Assembly (NCBI RefSeq): GCF_009914755.1
Contig: NC_060925.1
Reading direction: 5' to 3' (one strand)
DNA length: 64,000 nt
Source of the DNA: the human T2T-CHM13v2.0 reference genome, Homo sapiens
A program made the translations under genes and the position numbers. Below the pieces are notes generated by a model. That model made no database searches and had not been told where the DNA came from. It saw nothing but the letters and a program-made list of their open reading frames with translations. The stretch's first letter is position 1. Every line of letters starts with the position of its first letter. Below, one piece after another: positions 1 to 10,900 of this stretch.

Positions 1-581
1 GGTGGAATATGGACTCGTGTTCATGTCAGAGAAATTAACATTCACCTATCAATAGTTATTGAGGAACATAGCATTTGTGTATCAGGTGAGAACACTATTC
101 TTTCAAATCTAGTGTCCTGTCTCCAAGAATAGCCTATGCCCAGTGATTCAGCAGAACTCAACACGCAGCCACCCCCACTGTCATATACATACTACGTTTC
201 TAGTAACTTGCTTAGAACAGAATTCTTTCTGGTCCCAGTAGGAAATCAGCTTTAGGATTAGAAATAATGAAATTCGATTAACTCCCTAAATTGGTTTGTA
301 TATTTACAAATACTAATGCATCTAAACTCTGCCGGTGTGTAACCGCTGGTCAAATTCTGAGCTACATAGGTTTGCTTAATATTACTAGTATTCAACCAAG
401 ATGGCACTTTATAAAATCACAGGTAAGGAGATACTTTTCTTATAGAGAGTAAAATTGCTTTTGAAGAATTTTTTTGGTTGTTGTTTTGTTCTGTGAAAAA
501 AAAACATATACTTATGTTCAATAGAACACTTAAATGCACTTTATCAATATTCATTTAATATTCTGTTTTCCAACTGGAGAA

Positions 582-2583
582 TGTATCATCTGTCAGGCTA
601 GGGTAGTCTATGTTGCAGTAATAAATATGGTAGTTTAAAACAATAATTTATTTCTCTTTTATTATTATTATTATTATTATTTAAGTTTTAGGGTACATGT
701 GCACAATGTGCAGGTTAGTTACATATGTACACATGTGCCATGCTGGTGCGCTGCACCCACTAACTCGTCATCTAGCATTAGGTATATCTCCCAAATAATT
801 TATTTCTCAAACACACTACCAGCCATTGGAGGTCTGCACTGCAGTCGTCAAGTTACTGTAGTCCACGAGGATTTGAGCTGATGGAGGGGCTTCTGAAAGG
901 TGCTGGTAGCCATATAAAAAGGAAAGAAACTGTGTAAAAAGGATAGTTAACCACTCCCTGGCTTTTAAGTTTCCTCCCAGAAGTCAATTTCTGTTTCCAT
1001 GTCTTTGGCCAAAGGAAGCAAGAAACTACAAACGTTCCATGTGTCCAAAAAAGAGAATCAGCAAAACACTGATAAACAGAACTGATGTCTGCCATAATCT
1101 GCCCTTCTGATTACCAAATATTTGGTTTGTTCTCATTCTTGCATGCAAAACATATTTAACCCTATCCAAGAGAAAAAAGCCAAAACTTCCAAGATTACAA
1201 CATCAAGTTCAAAGCCTATGATCTCAAGATATTACACAGTGGTTTCTTCATCATTCATCATCACTCCACTCAGAAAGGAGAAAGTGGAGAACACAGAAGA
1301 GATGTTGGTCCATGACAAGTCTAAAGTTCTGGACAGATACTGTGAGACTTGCTATCCCAGAGGTGAGGAATATTCCTTGATTAGGCCTTGATTTCCTCCT
1401 TTTACATTGTTCTCTGTAGTCCTTGGCTTTGTCTTTTGGAAGATTGTTTCTTTTCCATTATACTTTTTGGCCACATATAAAATGGGTATCCGGAAATATG
1501 TTCTCCTTGGGAGCTTAGCAGCTTTCTCAGCCTACTTCTTCCCCATGGACAATAACTGTTATTGTCTGCAAAAGCTGCTAATTCCAAAGATCATGTTAAG
1601 TCTTAAACTTTTGTAGGCTTGTGATTTATTTGGCAGTGCAAAATTTTTAAAAACTTAGTAAGCTTCTTATCTGTTTTATTTCAGTAATTTTCACATACCA
1701 AAAACTATACCTATAGCTCTTTTCTGACGGAAGTTCTATATTTGCTATTTTGCTTTGGTTTCTTGACACTCCCCGCAATTCTTGTCTTTATTGCTGGCAC
1801 CTTTTGAATATCAGTCTCCGGGAGATCCACAACTTAAATCTCTTTTCTCCTAGGCTTTTTGTCTGATTGAAAGATTGAAAGTACTCTCTAGGTGTCAAGT
1901 TGATCCATCTAATGGTTTTAATCGTAGGTATCCCTTGCGACAGTTATACTAATTTCCCATTTTTATCTTTTACTGTTTGAATGGGAAGCAATCATACAAG
2001 TCCCTGAGGTTTTTTTTTTTCACTGTTTTATTCCCTTTGTTCCTGCTTGTAAATATACCACACCTTTCAGAAAAACATAGTCTTTCTTTCAATGCCTTGC
2101 CAAACACACCCAATAGCAACAAATACATGCTAGTCAGTTCCACATATTTTAGGTTTTGTTAGTACAACACCCAAAATTCTAGGTGCCAATTCTATGTCAG
2201 TCAGGGTAGGATAGGTTATGCTACAGTAACAAATACTCCCGGATCTCAGTGGCTAAAACAAAGAGAAAGGGGACTTTTTTCCTTTGCATGTTACATGGCC
2301 ATTGCAAATTGTCAGGGATAGCCCATCCATTGCTGTCATTCAGGGTCCCAAGAAGATGAAACAATCACTATCTCAGAAGTTGCTGGCTACCATGAAAGGC
2401 TTAAAGAGACAGCAGGCTCAATTTTATATCAGCTTTTAAAGCATCCACTCAGAAGTAACATGTATCACATAGGCCACTGCAAGCCACATGACCACACCTC
2501 ACTTCAAGAGGGTTCAGAATGAAACCTTACCATATGCCCAGAAAGATAACTGGATATACTTAATAAACAGCACTGAAATCACA
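582..2583 (-). mobile_element. Near-complete old MaLR provirus (MLT1K/L-like): LTR ~582-1096, internal ~1097-2192, LTR ~2193-2583
   Basis: Two similar blocks start tgtcaggctagggtagtctatgttgcagtaataaa (~591) and tgtcagtcagggtaggataggttatgctacagtaacaaa (~2195), and both end in an aaacag..actga..(c/t)a motif. A typical MaLR internal/LTR junction (ggtgccaattc) lies at ~2182-2192. Subfamily is from recall. Confidence 0.75.
657..793 (-). mobile_element. 5'-truncated young L1 3' end (L1PA2/L1PA3-like) inserted in the MLT1 LTR
   Basis: The sequence ttaagttttagggtacatgtgcacaatgtgcagg...cccactaactcgtcatctagcattaggtatatctccc is the reverse complement of the L1PA 3' UTR. It has an (ATT)n-degenerated tail and a perfect 15-bp TSD aataatttatttctc at 642-656 and 794-808. 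Confidence 0.95.
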
Positions 2584-3019
2584 GGAAATAATTTGAATAC
2601 AAAGACTTAGTCACTTAATAAATGATAAAGTAACCCAGCAAATCAAAGAAAGAAATTTCTTTCCTATCATCACTAACTTATACACAGAGAGTTCTTAGAT
2701 TATAAGCATTACACAAAACCAAGAAAATGTAAAGGAACAGCCTCCTAAACAGCTTCCACTCAAAGGAGGTAAATCAAATCAATATTCTATTTTAACAAAA
2801 ATATTTTCTTCATTCTCACATCTGCTAATTACCAAAGGAGAGAGTTTACTCTGAAAAAGTTTATCAGATGAAATGATTTTGAGTTTAGGTATTTCTTTTT
2901 CTTATATTAGTTCCAAATATTCTATCTCAGCAGGCTCTATAGCCTCCTGAAATAATGTAAGCTAAAGAAAAAAAATTGAAGATGGGCTTAGCACAGAAGA
3001 GAAATTAGTGCTTCGCTTA

Positions 3020-3150
3020 GGCATAACCTTGGGCAAGTCACTTATTACTTGCTAAGCTTTCCTATTCATAAATGTTTGACACCCACATATACAGCAGGGA
3101 TGCTGGAAGGGTTAGTGAGATAACATTTGAGAAGTGCCCTGAACTCGTAA
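3020..3150 (+). mobile_element. MIR-family fragment
   Basis: MIR core-like accttgggcaagtcactta ... gggttagtgagataac. Confidence 0.6.
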
Positions 3151-4119
3151 ACACCAAGTGTTAGAGCCAATATGAGAGATCATTTTTTCGAATAAGACTC
3201 AATAAATTAATCTCTTGTTCCTCTACTAAAAATATTAACAGGAGCTACAAAATGCCAGTTTAGCAGAATTAGCGGATTGTTTCTTAACATACCTCAACCG
3301 CATAATCAGTACAATTATGTTCCATTATCCAGTCTTTCCTCAAGCTGTTCAGTACCTAAAAGCTCTTCAAGCTTTACTATTCAAAAGCTGAATATGGGCC
3401 ATCAATTTTTCCTTCTGTGCTGCTTCCAGTTACATCAGTCTGAAGAGATCTTCAAAGAAATAGTTATTCACATGACACTCATTCTCATCAATAACTTATT
3501 GCCACGTATAGTCTGCAAGGCCAACTGGACTGTGTTTATAGGACTCCAAACAAAAGGGGACAAGAGAAGGGAGATGTGCCACAGAACTTCATAAGGAGTA
3601 TCAATGCACATCTGGCTTCACCTTAAATTTTCATCCCTCAGTTTGATCGCCCACTCACTGTATTCTCCTTGGTCCCTTTTTTAATGCTTCATTCTGTCAC
3701 ACTTGCCTTAGTGCCTGGAGTAACTATCTAATTAAGATCTTATTCATTAATCATACACCAATGTATTCACAACTGCAATTCTTTTTTTGTTTAAAAAGTA
3801 ATTTTTTCCTCAAGCTGTTAAGATTAAATTAGGGAAAATTTTACAATTTCATGGGATTACTCAAACTCTGAACCTTCTGATACCAAGTATAATAGAAATT
3901 CTTATTATGTGATTTGGTTATGGAATATGGTATGTGGCTAACCAATCATCCATCGTAATATTAATATATAATATCTAACAATGAGTTACCAATGTAGAAA
4001 GACTAAAAATATGACCAAATGTTTTTCACGTCAAAATTAATAATATAATTTTTTTCGTTGAAATGTACTTTATAATGAATCTCAAGGTTATCTTTATGAA
4101 GCTATCACTACATCATAGA

Positions 4120-4608
4120 TGGACACGGCAGATCAATTTTGTTAGTGGCTCCAATTAATGTATTTCCTATATCAATATGTTTTTCTTGTAATTTTCTAGT
4201 CTCCTCCTACTCTGGCTCTGGGTAAAGCCATGTGAGTTACCTTGACCAATTAAACAGTAATGAACTTGACACTAGCAGAGGCTTGAAAAAGTACTTGCAC
4301 GTTTTTGCTTCCTCTTGCTCTTCTGCCTTCACTATGTGAATGTTTCGAGGTTAGCCTGCTGGGGGATGGGACATGTGGAGCAGAGCAGAGTCAAATCAAT
4401 TTTCCCAGCTAAGGCCTCAGACATGTTAGAGAACGTATCACCTAGCTGACCTGGCAGAAGACAGTCTTATCAATGCCAGTTCAAATCAGCAGATCTACCA
4501 GTCAACACACAGATACTTGACTAAAAATAAATATTTACTATTGTATGCCACATAGGCTTTGAGGTTGTTTGTTACACAGCATTTTTGTTGCAATAGATAT
4601 CTAATACA
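4120..4608 (+). mobile_element. MLT1 (G/H-like) solo LTR
   Basis: Contains gccatgtgagttaccttgaccaat and agcagaggcttgaaaaagtacttgc, and has a MaLR 3' end ggttgtttgttacacagcatt...ctaataca. The 5' boundary is approximate. Confidence 0.75.
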
Positions 4609-6648
4609 TTGAAGTATTGTTTAATAGAGATTTGAGGTTAACAGAATGCCAGACAATAGAGTTCACAATGCCCCAAATTAGTCTTGAAATCTGTCATTAC
4701 AAAATTCTCCTGTGCCGTTACATGGTAACACATTATGAAACTTCTGGGGAAAAAATATTAATTTAGAATGTTCTTTAAATGACATTTTACCATATTGAGC
4801 AGACAAACATTGCTTCAGAAATCATTTAACTCCCTTCTTTTTTTTCTCCTAAACAAATAGAAACATGTGCAGCCAGGAAGACAATTTGAAAGAATGGAAA
4901 GAATCTTAAGGCAAAATTGTTCAAAATTAAATGCTGATGGTAGCTATACCTCCAAACCATTGTACTTCAGCTGAGAACCTGCACCATGGATCTGGCCAGA
5001 AATGAGAACGGCTGTAAAGTGGTTCCTAGGAAACTTCTCACAGCCTTCCTGAGACTGAAGAGCATATGCACTGCCCATTTTAGAGATGGTTGACTATACT
5101 CTATCTCTTACTGGAGCTCCTTACACAACAGGATTCCACACAGTGCTCAGAATCATTGCCTATCAGAAGCTCTAAATAAAACATTCCAACACCAAATTAC
5201 CAAACATTCAATGGTTATCCATGGAGTGCAACTTACCACACAAGTTTAGCATCCTGCCCAACCACATTAATGACTTGAATTTGGTAGTAGCCAACTTTTC
5301 TTAGACTTTGAACTGTAAATGTCTTTAAACTTGAGTTGTTACCTTGGAAATTTAGGTGTCTCAAATATCTTCCTAACAAGGAGTATAATGATATAGAAGT
5401 TTATTTCTTTTGAAAGTAAGATAAATTATGTAATTGCTCTGTCATTCTCATCCACATGGTAATGAAGCCCCCACTCAAGAATCTCAAAAGTCCCCTCTAC
5501 TCACTGGCTCTACTGATATATTAAAGTTTATTCTCCTCTGAACAATTCACTGATATAAGCTTACTTATCCCTGTGAAGAAGTCAGTATTACTACCTTTAC
5601 TTTATATTCTGAGGAACCAAGGCCAAAATTATAAAGTACTTCTTACCCCTGAAATGAAGTAAAAGCAACACCAAGAAAGACATTTGGACCTTGCAACTCC
5701 CAGCCATGAACAACATGATCTTCACTGATGAGAAAACAGTACAATAAATAATACCAATATGCCATTCTCAAATGGAAAGAAAGCATTATTTCTGTACTAG
5801 AGGTACACACCTGATAAACAATTGTGATCAGCCCCCCAGTTGATTATTTCTACATTTTTAAATTTTTAATAAAACATATTTTTTTCCTGCTCCTCTCTTC
5901 TTTCCCTGTTTCTCCTGTAACCAGCTCTTTCTCTAAAAGTATCAGATAGTAATAAGAGTTCCAACTGTAATTCAGAACTTTAGATAAGGAAATTAATTAC
6001 TGAAGAATCTACTCAAATGGGTCCCACCACTTCATTTCAAGCTTTGGAAAGAAATACTCAAAAGACTATGGAGAAACTGTGTAAGAATTTTACTCTAAAG
6101 ATTAACTGCCTAAACTTCACTGATTCTGGATATCTTAAATCAATTTTTGAGATAATTTAGAGATTTAGGGATAAATCAAATCATTTTAAAGAATAATGTG
6201 AATTACATAATACACAAATTTTGAATATGTAAATGAACATGCTTTCTTTTTGGGAAAAGTTAACGCATAAAATAAAGATGAAAAGTGAAGAAGAACAATA
6301 TTTAAGGAACTTTTCATGTATGCCCATATGAATTCATCACATGTTTGTAAGGCGCTGTGATTTTACTGTTCTTACCAAAAAAGTTTTATATATGCTCATT
6401 TTAAAATTAAACCATTTGATTATGTTTTAGATGCTCTTTCAATATGGCATCTTCTTTTGGGGAAAGATTTGACATATAACATGCAACTCTAACTTTTATC
6501 AATATATCCCAAGAAAAATTCCCTGTCACGTGCTGATGGTGATTGTATTTTATTTTCCAAATAGCATTCTTCTACTATAATGGAAAACATAGGTACTACT
6601 GTGCTTTGAATTTTCTTTGTGGTTCATTTGATGTAGAGATACGTTTTA

Positions 6649-6934
6649 TTAATTTTTAATTTTTGTGAGTACATAGTGGGTATATATATTTATGGATTAC
6701 ATGGATATTTTGATACAGGCATGCAATGTGTAATAATCACATCACAGTAAATGGGATATCTATCCCCTCAAACATTTATCTTTTGTGTTACAAACAATCT
6801 ATTGTGTTGAGTGAAATAAGCCAGGCCAGAAAGACAAACTTCACATGTTCTCACTTGTTTGTGGGAGCTAAAAATTAAAACAATTGAACTCATGAAGATA
6901 CAGAGTGGAAGGATGGTTACCAGAGGCTGGGAAG
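6649..6934. mobile_element. L1MA (L1MA2/3-like) 3' UTR insertion with inverted 5' segment
   Basis: ~6649-6802 is the extreme L1MA 3' end on the minus strand. ~6801-6934 (gtgaaataagccagg...ggttaccagaggctgggaag) is a more upstream 3' UTR piece on the plus strand. Confidence 0.85.
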
Positions 6935-8559
6935 ATAAGCTCTAATTCTTAACAATCTTCAAACACAACTCAAGCTTTCCAGCCTCATCAGGGGTTTGCA
7001 TTCCAAACCTGCCATGTCTTGGAGCATCCCCAAACCTATCACAATTTCACGAGTGATTTGTCCTACTGATAAGTTCTCCCTGATTAGAACAATCCACAGT
7101 GGAGTAATTTGGGAACTAGATGCTTGGTCTAATTATTTGGAATACATTTTTTGCTTAATAGCAATAGGAGCATTGGAGCTTCTTGAAGGTTTTTATGATT
7201 AAGATCAATTCAGAAATCATAATTTGTGCCCCTTCCCCCAACAACTGGAACACAGCCCAGCCACTCCCAAAACCAGGCTTTCTAAAGACACAACATGCAT
7301 TTTGATTTTGTTTTTCAGAGCATGTTCCCAATTTTCACTTTCAATAGGAATATTTTTAGAGATCATTGAAAGCAAAATGTCTTGAAAATGTCTTCAAAAC
7401 TTCTCTAAGTTTCTTTCCAAATGTCATGATTTTTGGAAAAGACCACACCAAGTGGTAAAGAGATGGACAAGACTGCAAACACTTCTAAAATCTCTTTGGA
7501 GATATTCCATGTACCGCATTATATATGAACTGAGAAATGAAACATCTGTGACTAATACAAAATTGAGTCTGTCTTAAATTATAATTAACAGCAATGAGAA
7601 AATGTTGCCTGTTCACTTCTTCAGAGAATCAAGTCATCTTTTTACCATTAAAAAGCTTGAGTCAATGATTATTATTTGTGTAATTGCTCTGCCCAGTGCT
7701 TTTCCAAATTGCAAGTCAAGACTCACAACAGAATAAGAACAATGAGGACTCTTACCACAGTTTAATAAGGTCCTCAAAAATTAGTTTTCAGAAGACTTTA
7801 AGCCCTCTGCAATATTTAATGTGTAAGACCTCTTTTTGGCCCCACATCAAATATTCATACCATCTTTTTCTTTGCACCAAATAGCATGTTGGTAGAACTT
7901 AAGCTTTTAGCTTTAGAAAATACATAGTACTAATTTTCTCCTGAAAAAAATTTCCAAGAGAATATAACAAAGGAGAAGAGAATAAATTAAGTTTCTTTGG
8001 CGACTATGCTGAAGCCTCTAGATTGTGCTCATGGAAGAGAACGTGTACCCCTAGTGCATCAGTACTTTATCACAGATACGGCACCTGACACCCAAGGCCT
8101 CCCAAGACTACTTCCATTCCCGCAGCTCTGATACAGACCCTTTACTTGAAACAATCTAGTCTACATCTGTCCTGCAAACATCCCTTGCATCTTAGGGCCC
8201 ATCATTACTCCTTTCTAGCTTTATAGTTATAATTATTCCTCAACCTAGTTCCAGTCTCACGTTCCAGTCTGAAGGTTCTCTAACAATTGACAATCTTGCT
8301 CTTCCCTGTGAATTCCTATAGTAGCCCTCTGGTCTCACCTGCATTCATTTGGCCAGTAGTACCTTGTGCTATTGGTTACCTTCTTAAATGGGTGGGTGCC
8401 ATAGGGCTACAACTCAATGGAAAGCTACTCAAAGGCAGGGTATTAGCCTATTCTTTATTAATAAAGACAGCAATTCCTTGCAACTGTAAAAAAAAAAAAA
8501 CACTTTGAAAAACCATAAAACTAATTTTTGAATTTCAAATCCCTTATGTGCTCATTTAT

Positions 8560-8710
8560 ACTTGAGTTTCAAAATAATCCTGTAAGATAGGCCAGTACAG
8601 TCTTTTAATATTCACATTGTACAGATATGGGAAATGGGATACAGAAATATTTAGTGATAAGCTAATGGTACCCTGAGATTAGAAACTAGGTCTAGTGTTC
8701 TTTTTGCAAC
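8560..8710 (-). mobile_element. MIR fragment
   Basis: aataatcctgtaagatagg...cattgtacagatatgggaaatgggatacaga resembles the reverse MIR core. Confidence 0.55.
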
Positions 8711-9414
8711 CAACAGCTCCACATTTTTCATATGACAATATCTTTCAAATATTTAAAAATTCAAGGGCACCAAAAATGATTGTGGTTGCACTGAATTTAT
8801 TGTCTACCTAACCTCTAGTAGCTACCTTCTAACTTTGAAGACCCATCTGATATCCAATCAAGTTTGCTCTGCCTGTCATATCTCTTTCAACCCCCAAGCC
8901 CTCACAATACTCAGTCTCCCAGCTCTGGTTCTTCTTGGCAGACCCTCTCCCACTGACACCTAGGACTCTTGTAATATAAATCTTAGCTTCACTTCAAGGA
9001 ACAACCTCCTTCTCAATGTCCACCTACATCTTGACATTCCGGACTAACGTGTTGCCTGTCCCTGGGAAAAGGGATTCCTGTAATAGGTTGTAAAACAGCT
9101 GATTCTCTGTGTATCAGGCATCAGAATATATAGAGCAATATATTAGAAACTGGGGTCCTCAAAGAGTTTACCAATTTCAAAGAACACAGATACCTGTGAG
9201 GCAACTTTAATTTAAAATGAGATTAATATAATCATAAACAATTAATGTTTTGACACTTTCTGTCTGTTCTCCATGTTTACTTTAATGACTTTCTTTTTTA
9301 GCTCTATTGCTTCCTCTGCTCTTTTAAAGGTTTCATTTGACCTGGGTCTTGAAGCATATGAAAAATGTTCATAGGCATGAATGGGGCAAAGGCTAAGAAG
9401 CATAAGGAGAAATG

Positions 9415-9610
9415 TGCTCTGGTTTAGGGATTAAGGTCTGGAGTCAGGGAGAACTGAGTTCTGATGCTGGCACTAACTAGTGTGTCTTTTTGCAAGTTGC
9501 TTAACCTATTTAAACCTAAGTTTCTTTATGTATATAATGGGCATAATACAATCACTTCTCTTATTATTGTGATTGTTAAGTAAGATACAGAATCTAAAGG
9601 ATGTAACACA
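9415..9610 (+). mobile_element. MIR
   Basis: tctggagtcag...gagttctgat...gcaagttgcttaacct...aagtttctttatgtatataatggg. Confidence 0.7.
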
Positions 9611-10734
9611 TATTTAATAACCAAAATATGTTGGATGATGAGTACATAGATCTGACTAGAGTACAGGTAAATAACTAACTTAAGGAGCCAGACACTATGG
9701 ACACCTTTGAGATAAGTGGAATGGGAAAAAGATATCTCTCTAGTAAATTGGCCTCTTTGAAGTTTTTTTCCAGTTGGTGTCAGCACCAGAAAGTAAGGAA
9801 TCCTTAAAAGTTGGTACTAGAACTCAGTCTCATCCACACTGAAGAAAGCAAAGGAAAAAAGTATACTAGGAGTCAAATGTTCTGTCATCCTTGCACTTCA
9901 AGCATGAGATAATTTGTGTGACAGTGCTTTGAATACTATCAGGTATAACGCAGTGGCCAATGATGTTTCTGAGGCCTGTGAGACAGACACAATATAGTCC
10001 TGTGCCAGTCTCCATGGCATGAGCTAATTGACTGGCTGATTATTATCCAAATCAGGTTTACCTGATTTCAACTCTTTTCCCATTAGTGCTCCCCTAAGAT
10101 ATTTATTCTTTCCAATATATCAGATTTAAAATATCAACTCTGGCGCCAAGTATTAAGATATTCACATTAAAATCACTGGCTTAAAGTTTAATTGTATTGA
10201 TTTGATTTTTAGAGGCAGCACTCACAAAAAATATTAGCTATGCTATGCTGCAATGCAACATTGACTCAAATAGGTATTGAACATAAAACCTACCCTGCAA
10301 TAATGCAATCCGTAAACCCACAGAGGCAAAGACAAGCATAATCTAGGCTGATTCTCACCTCATCCTCTGCTGATTCTGTCTCTCTTTCACGATGTCTGCA
10401 GTCGTCTGTTAAAGGGCCCATAGGCAATGTAGGGTGGGAGGGAGGGTGCTGCGTAAACTGAGGAACTGAGAAATCAATCCAGATAGGAAGGCAACATAAA
10501 CTTTTGACCAGGTGGTCACAGGAAGGTAGAAGTAATGGAAAGTATGCAGGTCTAGGAAACAAACAAAAACAAATATGTTTGTATATACACTATATGTCGA
10601 AGTTTTGGTCAGTGGCATTAATTCAGCTGCATAATTACAAGAAAATCACTTATCTGTGTCTCGAATTTTGACAACCAAAAAATGGAGATAATCTGCAAAG
10701 CTGACAGAACTAAATTTGGGAGCCACATAGAACA

Positions 10735-10900
10735 AAGTTTAAACCTTGGATCCTCTGCTTGCTGACTGTAGAAGCCTGGACAAATCGCACTACATTAGAA
10801 CTGATATTTCCTCCTGAAATTCAGGGAAATAATTTTCATCTCAACAGGGCTGTAGCAAGAATTAAATGAGATAATGTGGTAAAGGCATTATACAGAAGAT
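10735..10900 (+). mobile_element. MIR fragment
   Basis: agggctgtagcaagaattaaatgagataatgtggtaaagg matches the MIR 3' part. Confidence 0.6.
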
